Sequence record: PV796108.1
Strand: one strand, 5' to 3'
DNA length: 64,000 nucleotides
Part shown: piece after piece, positions 27,201 to 37,100 of the stretch
Numbering within the stretch: the first letter of the stretch is position 1
Layout: each line of letters begins with the position of its first letter
Program-made: the position numbers and the translations under genes
The notes under the pieces: model-generated
Databases searched by the model: none
Told to the model about the DNA's origin: nothing
What the model saw: the letters and a program-made list of their open reading frames with translations, nothing else

Positions 27201-30200
27201 TTCAGCTCACCAATATAGAAAGCAGATAACATGTAATCCCAAGCACGGTATTCAAACTCTTTCTCTTTTGAATCTCTAGCTTTTACATAGAATTTATAGA
27301 TATCATCTACGATTACCTTCAACTGATATTTCCAATCCCATAGGAATCGTTGTGCATCATCTACACTACTTGTAAAGTTTGGAATGTCTACCTTACCGAT
27401 ACCACCGAATGTACCGTTCACATAAGGCTTGCTCATAGAATCGAAGCCATTCCATTTACTTTGGTGATGGAAGAATGCTTTTAAATAGTTGGCAATACGA
27501 GCACGAGTGGTTGGCATAAACTCTTTGTAGTACATACCATTTGTTTTATCTTGTCCAAGTAAAGCAACTAAGTTATCAGTAGGCTTCTTACCTTCACGAT
27601 ATTGTGTATACAGTTTCAAGTGGTCTTCTGGTTCAGCATACGTAAGTTTTGTATGTCCACCTTCAGCTTTGTTTTTGTCATTGTATACGTTGTTGTTTTT
27701 CACCCAACGTCCATCAATTAAAGAGTAAAGTTCTTTATAGAACTCGATTGGTTTTGGAACAACATTCTGTCTCCACTTTGTAAAATCAGCTTCAGTTGAA
27801 CCATAGCCCCATGTCTTCCACTTATCTAATGGAGGAGGAGTATCTATATTCTTTTTCTCTTTTAACCATGTAGCAACTTCAGCATTTGGCTTACCAGTAC
27901 CTTTTGCACCACCAGTAGAGTCTGTTGCATTCTCCGCAGCCTTTTCAGAGTTTGCACCTTGATTATCCTCAGCCCAGTTAAAGACATAAGGAACATAAGG
28001 AGTCTTCTTCTCAAGCGCTTCAATTACATGCATGTTCTCTTTATCTACATCCATTGGGTCTGTAGAAGTAATGTTGGATGACATGTGAACACCAGAAGAG
28101 TCACTGAACTTCATCTCTTTACGTTGTTCTAATTGCTTCTTAACTTCTCCACGGAATGTCCATTTTGTAGAAGCATAGAAGTCAGGGTCAACGTAAACAC
28201 CACCTGGTTTGTTTTTGTACTCTTTAATACCAGCTCCAGTTTTCTCAATGACATCATTCAGCTCTTTGTAAGTTGGTAATTCTAAGTCAGGGTATACTTC
28301 CATTTGGTCCATCTTGTATTCAATGATTGCATCCTGTAGTTTGTAATCTACTGTAGATGAATGTAATTGATCTCGGTCATTTCCATCGAATGCACTCATG
28401 CCTTTTAGTTCTTCTTGGCGACGTTGTGTTTTGTTGAATGCTACTAGAACCATTTCACCTTGAAATCGACCTGGGAATCCTGGCACCGTATTAATATTCA
28501 ATGTTTCAATCATGACACTCTTCACACCGAATAGTTTCATTAATTGATTCTCTATTCCTAAGAACCCAGAAGAAATACCTACACGATAATGACGAGCGAA
28601 CTCATCAATCTTATCTACTAAAGTACGTAGTTTCATTACACCATCTTCTGTTAATTCAAGGTCTAGTTTTACGGCAACATCTTGAGAACCAAGGAACTGC
28701 ATCGTAGGTGATTCACCTGTACGAGTTTGAGCAGAACTGAAAATGTTTTCGTACATAACTTGCATAGAAGTAACCAACATATCCTTTTCAGGAATTGTAT
28801 AGTCAATCATAGATAGTTTTGATTCCGTTACATATACAATGTCACTTAACTTGTTATAACGGTCAATCTCAGTCATTGCCATTTGTTCTGCACGACGACC
28901 TCTTTCAACGATACTCTTCAATGCACCTAAAGATGTTTCTGTTACATAGAAGTAACCAATAGCATCTTTCTCGGACTTCGGTTTTACCCAAAGGTTTTTA
29001 TGCTTCTTCAGTTCCTCACCATTCGGGATAGACCATAAGAAGATTTTAAATGTATCTTTCTTACGGAAGTATCCAGGAAGCTCTGAACCTTCTTCTGCAT
29101 CTACTGGTAATTTACCACGCATGATGTCATGCACTTCACTATCATGTGGAGCAAAGAATTCCGTATCATCAAATACAGCTCTAGCACTTCTATTGTTGTA
29201 CATATCTTGGAACACTTGATGACCTTCTACTAAATCATCAGGGTCTTTAATATCACCATTCTTTTTATGGCGTTGATACTTATCGTACTGTTCAAGAACA
29301 AGTGATGCTTTTTTACCATCAGCAATAACTTTACCTAGTTCACTCTTCTTCGCATCAATCTCCATTCTCATTACATTGATTGGCTTCATTTCACGAAGAG
29401 CAATGATTGCTTCTGCTCGTTGTTCTAATTCAGCTTCATCTGCATGAGAGAAAGAAATCTTATTTGTTAATTGACCAGCGATAGGTTCTAGGAATGTATG
29501 AGCATCATTAGCTGGTTTAGATAAACTACGTTGGTAGTACCATCTCATTAATGGATAGTTAATCGCATCATGCAAACTAACTTCTTGAGGCATGTAAGCT
29601 TCAGAGTTGAATTTCGCTAATGTTAAGTTAGCCATAATAGAATGAGGGAATCCTGGCACTGTCTCTACTGATAAGTTCATTAATGCCACATCATGAATAT
29701 CTAAGATAGTATTAATGTATGCATTATCAATAGGAAGGAAAGGCATCTTCTGGAACTGAGCAATCAATTGGCGTAAACCATCCATTGTGTACTCCATACC
29801 TTCTGGTGTTTTCCAAGGCGTACCATTAATCGCTTCTAAGTCATGGAAATATAATTGAAGATTAATAGATGTACTTGAGAAACCAGTCTTCGTTAAAATA
29901 CTTCCTTTTGTACGAAGTGTCTTAACACGTTCTGTATGAGAAGTTCTGTTCACTTGGATTCCTAATGGAGGAACGGTAAGTAATACATCACCAATACGAA
30001 CACGATGTTGGTTTTGTAGGTCTCCCATCTTTTCTAATCTATCATCTAGTGGTTCTAAGAAGTCTAGTGTATTGTCATACACTTCATCATATTTGATTTT
30101 AACTTCTGACAAGTCCGATTTCTCTTCGTTGTTCTTACCACTTTCTTTAAAGTAGTCGTCTAGCTTCTCGCCAACTGTTCCGCTATCAGGCATATCCTTT

Positions 30201-31171
30201 AATAGTCCAAGGTCTTTATACCATTTCATTACATCGAAACGAATATAGCCTTCGTCATTTACGAACTTCTCATATGGCATACCAAGAGGAGCAGGTGCAT
30301 ATAATGCAGAAGGTTTAGCAAGTAAGCTTTTATTCATATTGATTGCGCTAGGTATTTTGTCACCTTTAAGTACTTCTGATTTATTTACATGTGTTTTGTA
30401 AACAACAGCAACATAACGACCATATACATCTTTACGTGGTTCATGGTTTTCGATTCTATCTACATCGACTACGACAGCCCCAGAACCACTTAACATGTTG
30501 TTCATGTAGTCTCTTGCTTCTTCACCGATCTTGAATGCTTGTTCTTTTGTTACTTTATAGCGAGACATGTACCCAGCATTTCGAGTTGTACCAGATGCTT
30601 CGCCGTGGTCTTCTGTCTCAGGTGCTTGTACACCTACATAACGAATATTAATGCGTTCGCCTTTTTTAACATGTATCCCAATCCATTTACCCGTATCATA
30701 AACAACACCAGAGATTGTATCACCATCTTTTACTTTTACATCTTCTAATACAATGATACCTTCTGATACTGGAGTTTCTTCTGGCGGAGCTGCTAAAGCA
30801 CGAGCCATTAATCTAGGAGCAAATGCAGGTTCTGCTTTCTTATCTTCCCCTATTCTTCCTTGCTCATGAAATGGAGAGTTGGATTCAACAGGTAGCTTTC
30901 TAACTACGTGTGCATGTACATCTATATTCGAAACCTTACCACCTAGTTTTCTTGCGAATCCGTGGCTTCCTTCTGTTTTATTAAATAGAACGGAGATAGG
31001 ATATACTTTATTTTTTGCGGCTACTGTTGCTAAGTATTCGGACAATCTATTTCCAACAGAAACTTCGTTATATCTAAAACGAACTCTTTCTCCATCTACA
31101 TCCAGAGTAAGAAGCCAGAATGACTCTGGCTTCTCTTTCTGAACAGATAGGAGTCTCATTTCATACAACAT
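24212..31171 (-). CDS. ~2319-aa baseplate hub. Domains: N-terminal SNase/thermonuclease, two tube-like domains, degenerate SLT, gp27/gpD-like hub, hydrophobic C-terminus
   Basis: Start moved to ATG 31171 (AAAGGAGG RBS). DGDT at 30716-30727, IRYVGVQAPE and DVYGRYVAVVY give the SNase. IQSIDVHRSRKQVADTAVISMTN...RIHLRMGYG...VFNGKITE gives the hub. Confidence 0.8.
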   Translation of the reverse strand: MLYEMRLLSVQKEKPESFWLLTLDVDGERVRFRYNEVSVGNRLSEYLATVAAKNKVYPISVLFNKTEGSHGFARKLGGKVSNIDVHAHVVRKLPVESNSPFHEQGRIGEDKKAEPAFAPRLMARALAAPPEETPVSEGIIVLEDVKVKDGDTISGVVYDTGKWIGIHVKKGERINIRYVGVQAPETEDHGEASGTTRNAGYMSRYKVTKEQAFKIGEEARDYMNNMLSGSGAVVVDVDRIENHEPRKDVYGRYVAVVYKTHVNKSEVLKGDKIPSAINMNKSLLAKPSALYAPAPLGMPYEKFVNDEGYIRFDVMKWYKDLGLLKDMPDSGTVGEKLDDYFKESGKNNEEKSDLSEVKIKYDEVYDNTLDFLEPLDDRLEKMGDLQNQHRVRIGDVLLTVPPLGIQVNRTSHTERVKTLRTKGSILTKTGFSSTSINLQLYFHDLEAINGTPWKTPEGMEYTMDGLRQLIAQFQKMPFLPIDNAYINTILDIHDVALMNLSVETVPGFPHSIMANLTLAKFNSEAYMPQEVSLHDAINYPLMRWYYQRSLSKPANDAHTFLEPIAGQLTNKISFSHADEAELEQRAEAIIALREMKPINVMRMEIDAKKSELGKVIADGKKASLVLEQYDKYQRHKKNGDIKDPDDLVEGHQVFQDMYNNRSARAVFDDTEFFAPHDSEVHDIMRGKLPVDAEEGSELPGYFRKKDTFKIFLWSIPNGEELKKHKNLWVKPKSEKDAIGYFYVTETSLGALKSIVERGRRAEQMAMTEIDRYNKLSDIVYVTESKLSMIDYTIPEKDMLVTSMQVMYENIFSSAQTRTGESPTMQFLGSQDVAVKLDLELTEDGVMKLRTLVDKIDEFARHYRVGISSGFLGIENQLMKLFGVKSVMIETLNINTVPGFPGRFQGEMVLVAFNKTQRRQEELKGMSAFDGNDRDQLHSSTVDYKLQDAIIEYKMDQMEVYPDLELPTYKELNDVIEKTGAGIKEYKNKPGGVYVDPDFYASTKWTFRGEVKKQLEQRKEMKFSDSSGVHMSSNITSTDPMDVDKENMHVIEALEKKTPYVPYVFNWAEDNQGANSEKAAENATDSTGGAKGTGKPNAEVATWLKEKKNIDTPPPLDKWKTWGYGSTEADFTKWRQNVVPKPIEFYKELYSLIDGRWVKNNNVYNDKNKAEGGHTKLTYAEPEDHLKLYTQYREGKKPTDNLVALLGQDKTNGMYYKEFMPTTRARIANYLKAFFHHQSKWNGFDSMSKPYVNGTFGGIGKVDIPNFTSSVDDAQRFLWDWKYQLKVIVDDIYKFYVKARDSKEKEFEYRAWDYMLSAFYIGELKKDSIKEGAFPSIMSVWKSLYNGDKNRYRSPRQVVDPDIMKLVDGKSSHSVNVATSDKDALIKDLEDSKIIEDVIGKEKAKALLSEMKKKSSSEVKKIYESYMKMHKDGKLKGYLDQVKIPTGGNTNMLIGKWATDLLALGWSKTFGGDGSLWDQVFGDGKSQESKNYENQQKVEDIKDEEYNRLLFQQSPEEAFSQMSHNMLSYDMRGRLCRAFPTFQFFIIDEGRWMGSYRLWDNFYGFNAIQSIDVHRSRKQVADTAVISMTNVYSNLTARPTSEMYDSFAYSFWDNLVLDNPSDAVLDARSDLLNSMMLEVGARIHLRMGYGSSVRRLPTVFNGKITEMDTNDIITIVAQGDGLELTSVISGDPDDKTAKLFNAQEPRDIICKLLTSKGAWAKDVINVASENRFFRDNPLGVAHFGRPGDRTPDANFKFFNENYGEAAQNIYSANGLQTFSQWIYEDGTRIPMKWDGFILKFQGGDEDNILMPLYNQTIWDVATNISYCFPDYIAAVHPFETRSTLFFGKPYWNMAYRYDSTYAYNEKTKSWDRTLDTEHRRPYCQLHYIDDGMDIISNQIKASSDGMYTIVVGNYGGKPTPPVYADYDIDFSMQRTAVVDLPLISRTIPGWDKFTTEKQALYYSASTVRDYMKDMYKGRITILGTPTLKPHDMIYMSDSVSDMNGNIGVEAVVHHFSHETGFISSVTPDAVVVIDDKAMLAHSNWWASIGMLAGATVMGMRAGNAATRKFANSATGRTLMTKGKAAGGWIVEKSMKNLVSTLPETPETDELKKAIDSYYKAKGKEGKNEAQAWERVKNAADNVSKKAQEWLKSGGVPGKDGKIMKGTKKLAARSLLTASKLPGAMKDMKSSSKFIKGVGTFASKGTPLGWIFSLTAGWLVESLFEKWRRSKTTNQAVLMMPLMHQGKEFTAGINGHKGMVVGDTKQGSMDNFLQGLGFDGSGDGFFAAVGGFMNFMADTEASDRKFTTSYEDLDNYGQKKE

Positions 31172-31184
31172 ATGAAAACCTCCT

Positions 31185-34100
31185 TTAATATGTGAACCCT
31201 TTACCCATGACGTTTGCAAACTGTGTCTGCATCCATTCATTGTCTAACTTTTGGGTGTTATCATTTACATTCATGTTCATGTTAAGTTGAGCGCTCGTTT
31301 GATTGGACAACTCTTGGTGAACAAGTTTAGAAATATCTTGTTGAGACATTCCTTTTGCATCCTTTGCTCTAATCGAGATGTTGATGTTTTCATTCGACAT
31401 TACACGAGCAGTTGGGCCAGAAGATACTTGGACAGGAGGTGGCGGTGGTGGCGCCATTTCAGTCTGCTCTTGGAATGCTTCTGGTGTTGGACCACTTCTC
31501 ATTAAAGCTGAAGCTGCCCACATAGCACCAAATCCAATTGCTCCTCCTATCATACCTGGTCCCATCTTATGTGCTAGACCAGACATTTTTTCACCTACGG
31601 CTTCTGTTGCTCGAACAATACCTTTGTCTGCACCAATCATTTCTGTAAGAGTATTCTTACTTAGATGCGGTGTTTCAGTTATCGTATCAGCGAGAGAATC
31701 TTTTATTGCTCTGTCTCTAAACGAGAATCGCTCGGAGATGAGGTTTTCAAAGTTCTGCACGCCTTCATCATATATCTTTTTAAATTGAGGATTGTTTGCA
31801 GCGATGTTGTCTAAGTGAGGAGTTGGAACTGATTCGTATTTACCACCAGCTACAATGTTAGAAACAATTTCTGTATCCTTCGTACCACCAGATTGCATAC
31901 CCTTCAGATGAGGATTCTCAGTGAATGAATTTCCAGATAATGAATACAGGTCTTGTAATTGGTCTAAGTGTCTATCAAGACCGTAGTGGTTCATACTTTC
32001 GCCTGGATTACTTGTTTTGAAGATACCAAGTATATCATTGGCTTTTCGAATCTTCTCTACACCAACAGAGTCAGGTCGGATAACACCTTCCTTTAACATC
32101 TCAATCGCTTGGTAATGAGTTTGCATACGGCGTTCGACTTCAGTCATAACTGCATCTGCACCATGATGCTCCATTACTTTAGCAGCGTATTGGCTTTCAT
32201 CACTCGTTAATGATTTGCCCCAGCTCTTAACAATCTCTTCCGTTAAAGCACCGACACTAATCTTTTTAGAAGAAATAGAGTCCTGTGAAATCTTACTACT
32301 GAACTCTTCTAAAACATTCATAGCTTGGTATGCTTCGTCTTGAGACATCAAGCCTTTCTTAGCAAGAGCTTCATAAGTTGGGTTCGTTAGAGTTTGCATA
32401 CGTTGACGTAAGTTATCGAGTACCCCGATATCAGCTTTACCAGTACGAGCTAGTAAGCTTTCCATCTCATTGAGTCTAGTTGTTTTTGGACCCCAACCAG
32501 CTAACTCTCCAAGGTCTTGCGTCTTCTGAATGTCTCTTTGGATTTGCTCACCAACTGTAAGCTTTTCTGAGTTGTAATGCTTTAACTCATCTCCTGCCAT
32601 TTCAACAGCAGCTTGATTATAAAGTGGAACACTTCCTTGTTGAACCTCAGCCATTTCACCATGAATCGCACGAATGTCATCAATAGTATGATTCTTACTT
32701 GCTTTATAGTGGTTGAATACGGCGTTACCATTATCACCATCATGATCGGCTTTGAATACTTTTGCAGTACCAGCGCCAACATACATAACGTTTGATTCGA
32801 TTCTATCATCCACCAGATAACGAAGAACTCCATTGGTCTGTTTATTGATAGTCGGATAACGGTTCGTAAATCCATATAAACCATTTGTTTTTGCAATTTC
32901 AAGTGCTTCTTCACCCATACGTTCAGATTTAAACTGATTCGCTAAAGATTCGAGACGTTTTTTCTCTTGTCCTTTTGCTTTACCAGCTTGAGTCATTCGT
33001 TCATTGTACTCTGTAAGAATAGATTCATGACGCTTCGGAGCTAATGATTGAACGATGTCGCCTTCTGCACCTGCAATCATACGTTGCATTTGTTTCGGAC
33101 CGATTAATGCATCCCCTTCAGCCAATCCTTTCTCATGCATGTTAACCCCTTCAATGTGGAAACGACCAGACATATCCATCTTCGCAGAGTATTTATCTAG
33201 AAGTGTTCCTCCATGAGAACCAGTTACCATGTAATTCAGGTATGACTTGTATGCATCCACTGCTTGTTCAACAGCTTCTTTGTTCTCAATTGTAGGAGCA
33301 GCTTGATATGCTTTAATGTTTCTCCAGATACCAAGAGAACGTTTGTCTACTTCATTTGCCATCTCCAGTGCTTCTGGGCCAGTACCGATTTGCATCGTAC
33401 CAGGAGACATTAATCGAACGTACTTATCTTTAAACTGATGCTCACTATTACTTGGCATTTCTAGTAAGAATGTACCACCGTTTTTCTTCATAAGACTTCC
33501 GACAGTCTCATCAACACCTTCACCAAGTCCTTCGATTTGTAACTGCAAGCTTCTTGGGTCTGCAAGTGTCATTGCATAATTACCAAGTTTACCTTTCGTC
33601 ATCTCAGGGTCAGTAGCAACATTGAATTGTGGGTCACGGAATGCATGTTGAGAAATCTCTAGGTGACCATCTTTCATAACAGCTGTATGTGTACCATCTG
33701 GGTCTAAGTCAGTCATGATGTTTCCGCCTGTACGAATAACAATGTCACCATCTTGTACAACGCCTTGTTTTTGAAGAGTTGTGTTTTGGTGGTCATTGAT
33801 TGCTCGTAAGATACCAGACGTTTCTTCAGCTAGTGTCATTTCATTACTGCTGTTTTGAAGAGCAGAACGTGAGGAGATTTGTTGGCGAACGAACTTACCA
33901 ATAGTGTGGTCTTTACGATTTAAGATTTGGTCTGTACGATTGACAATGGCTTCTTGCTCTTTATATGTCCAACGTACTAAGCCAGACTTACCATCAGTAG
34001 ATACACCCATTTGGTCTTGCCATTTATGAAGGTCAGCAACTCGAAGTGTTAAGTTAACATTCTTTTCCTGACGATTAATTGGAGCAACATAATTGATAAC

Positions 34101-37100
34101 GCCAGCTTTAGCCGCAAGCTCTTCCAACATTTGAGATGATTGTTTTACGAAATCATACTCTTGTTGTAACCCATATACAGGCCCAGCGATTCGACCATGC
34201 TCTGAATTTAATACCAGCTTACCGACTGTTAAGTTGCTTCCTTGTACAGGCTCAAGTCTCATACCAATATCTGCATCTGGTATTTGGAAGATACGTTGTG
34301 TCATATCTTTAATATCTAATACGTATTTTTTAACGGCTTCATTCTTGAAGTCCATGTCAGAGTTTGTAATTAATCGGTTGGCTTCATCTACAGCTAATCG
34401 GACTTGACCTTCAATCTCCGTACCATGCATACCTTTATTGATATCACTTACAGTAACGATTGCTTTTGAATTTCCTACACCAAGTGCTTCAAAGATATCT
34501 CTATCGAAGAAGTTTGTTGTAATACGATGGTTGGCATCCGTTAAGAACTTACGTCCATTCTCTGTTTTCTCAATCATTTGAGTTTGCAGTTTACGAGTCT
34601 CTGGGTCATAACCTACAACATGGAATCCATCTCCCCATGCTTTTTCAGCTTGATAGTTTGTATTTTGACCAACACTTACTTGACCAATTGTTAATTTTCC
34701 ATGGTCAGCTTTACCTGGGTTATTCACACGACCACCAAGAATTGTTTCCAATTCAGTAGCGTTTTTCATTACATCCCCTTCAAGTCTCCATCCACCACTA
34801 TCAGTTCGAACAGAACGGAATCCATCTCTCTCCAAATCATTACCTTCAGCTTGTCTAAAGAAGTTTTCAATATCTTTGTGTAAGCTGTATCCACGTTGCA
34901 GAGTAAAGTTCTTCTCACGCTTCGTATCAAATACACTTTGTAATGACTTATCAATGATAGACATACCCTCAAATGTAGTCAGGTTCTTTTCAAATCCTTG
35001 ACCATATTTTCGAACTAGGTCTGCATATCCATCAGGATTGCTTTTTCTAAATGCATCCATTCGATCTTTAATGTCCATGTCTGTTAATTCAACAGCTTGA
35101 ACATTTAATCCTGTTAATTCTTTTTGTTTAACAACAGAACCATCAGGCATACGAATAGGAGCGCTTAAAGCTTCAGATGCAGTTGTTGTCGCAGAAGTTT
35201 GAATCATACGTTCAATCTCAACACTTGTATAGCCTTGTGCTTGTAATCGACTACGAATCTCTCTTTCTTCTAGTGGAATGTAGTTACGAGTTTTATTCAT
35301 TTGCTCACGGGCTAGGATATTGTAATGCCCAAATGCTTGATAAGCTTGCGATGTTTCTCTTGTACCGTAAATACCATTCAGTACTTGTTCACCACTCACG
35401 TTACCAGCATTTAAATACATGTTCTTTTCTCTAGATGCAAACTCTTGAATCGTACTATGGAAAGCACGTTGCTCTCTCATTCCTAAGTTCTCGAAGAATG
35501 AAGTATATGAACCAGAAGCCTTGTCTTTAATCTGTTGGTATTTGTTTTTTACGCCTAGTTCTTTTTCGAAACCATAACGTTGGTCATACCATGAATACCA
35601 TTCTTCAGCCCATCCACTTACATCTATCTTACTTCGAGCAGCACGTTGAGCTACCTGAGAACGCTTAGAGTCGTGCTTAGTAAGTTCTTTTGCATTTGTG
35701 TATGGATTATTATGTGAGAACTTTTCTGTCGCTTCACGAGCTTGTCTACGTAGTCTAGAGTGAGCTTCCTGTTCGTTACCTTTACGGATTAACTCTTTTG
35801 TAGAACCAGCACGACGAACTGCACCATCTACTAATTGTTCCAATGGAGTACCAAGAATGTCTTTACCATTCATACGCATTGCTTTTAGATAACCTGTTTT
35901 AGTAGAACCAGGCATCTGAACGTTCATGTTTTCATCCAGTAATGGAATTGGAACAGAAGCAACTTTTGCGTGTTCAATGATTTGGTTTGGCTGAAGACCC
36001 ATTACTTCTTTCATAACAGTTTCCTGCATAACAGCAAGCATGTATGTCTTCTTATGTCCATCATAGATTAATTGAGTAGCCATTCCCTCACCAGAATAAG
36101 AATGGATTAATTGTTTCACTACATCTTCAGCTTTCATCGTTTGAACGCCACGAGCAGTGTTACCACCACTGATTTGCATTAAACCATTTAAAGCTTCATC
36201 ATGTACTTGCAATGCCTTTTGGAATTTAGCGTCACTTAAATCTACAGCTTTACCTTGAGTCTTATGAGATGCTCTTCCGCTATCAATCCCTCGTCCGATG
36301 ATTTCATCTAAGATAGCAGGGTTTTTGTAAGCTTCAACTAAAGGCTTACGGATAGAACTTACATCTTTAATATCTAAGTTATGGTTTGCATAAGATGAGT
36401 TATGAGTATACTCTGCTCTCATCATACGAGCCATACTTTCAATAATCATGTACGGGCTTTCTCCGTGTTGTAGTTCAGAAACCTGACGCATTAGTTGAGA
36501 TTTCTCAGATGATGTTAACCCTGAAGCTCCTGGCCTACGAATATGATGCACAACATCTTGCAAACGTTTCTTTACAAGACCGATATCTACGCCACCATTC
36601 TTACTGATGTTCTCTTTAATATCTAATCCTTTTGTGATATAAGAACGGATATTACGAGCTGCTGTCGCATCAGTAGAAAGATCAATACGATGAGTTGTAT
36701 CACCAGGCAATTGTAATTCTAGGAATCCTTTACCGTTTGGCATTCTAATTCTTGACTCACCGCTACCATATCTCTCATCTAACTCTTGAGAAATTTTACG
36801 TAGAGCTACGTTCTGACTGAAAGGAGTAAATCCATTTACAGCTGGCATAGTAGAATCTAAACGTTGCATAGCAGTTTGCCATACTTTCTTCTCTTGCGTT
36901 AAACGTTTCTCCATTACAAGAAGGTCACGGTATTGAGAGTTTGGTAATCCAGTAGGAGTTCCGCCAACAGTACGTTGCACATTTGGATGATTCTGTACAT
37001 AGTCAGCAATATCTACTTTGCGGATTTCACCACGTTTAACTTTCTCTCTCCCTTCGTTTAATGCATCAAGAGCAGCGTACATACGCTCAAGCATCCAACG

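Noticed and set aside
31172-31240. Track start 31240 for the hub protein (also 49638 sheath, 46695 tube 3, 53762 adaptor, 54655 Ig protein)
   Set aside because: The extensions overlap the upstream gene, RBS or terminator; downstream ATGs have well-spaced Shine-Dalgarno sites.
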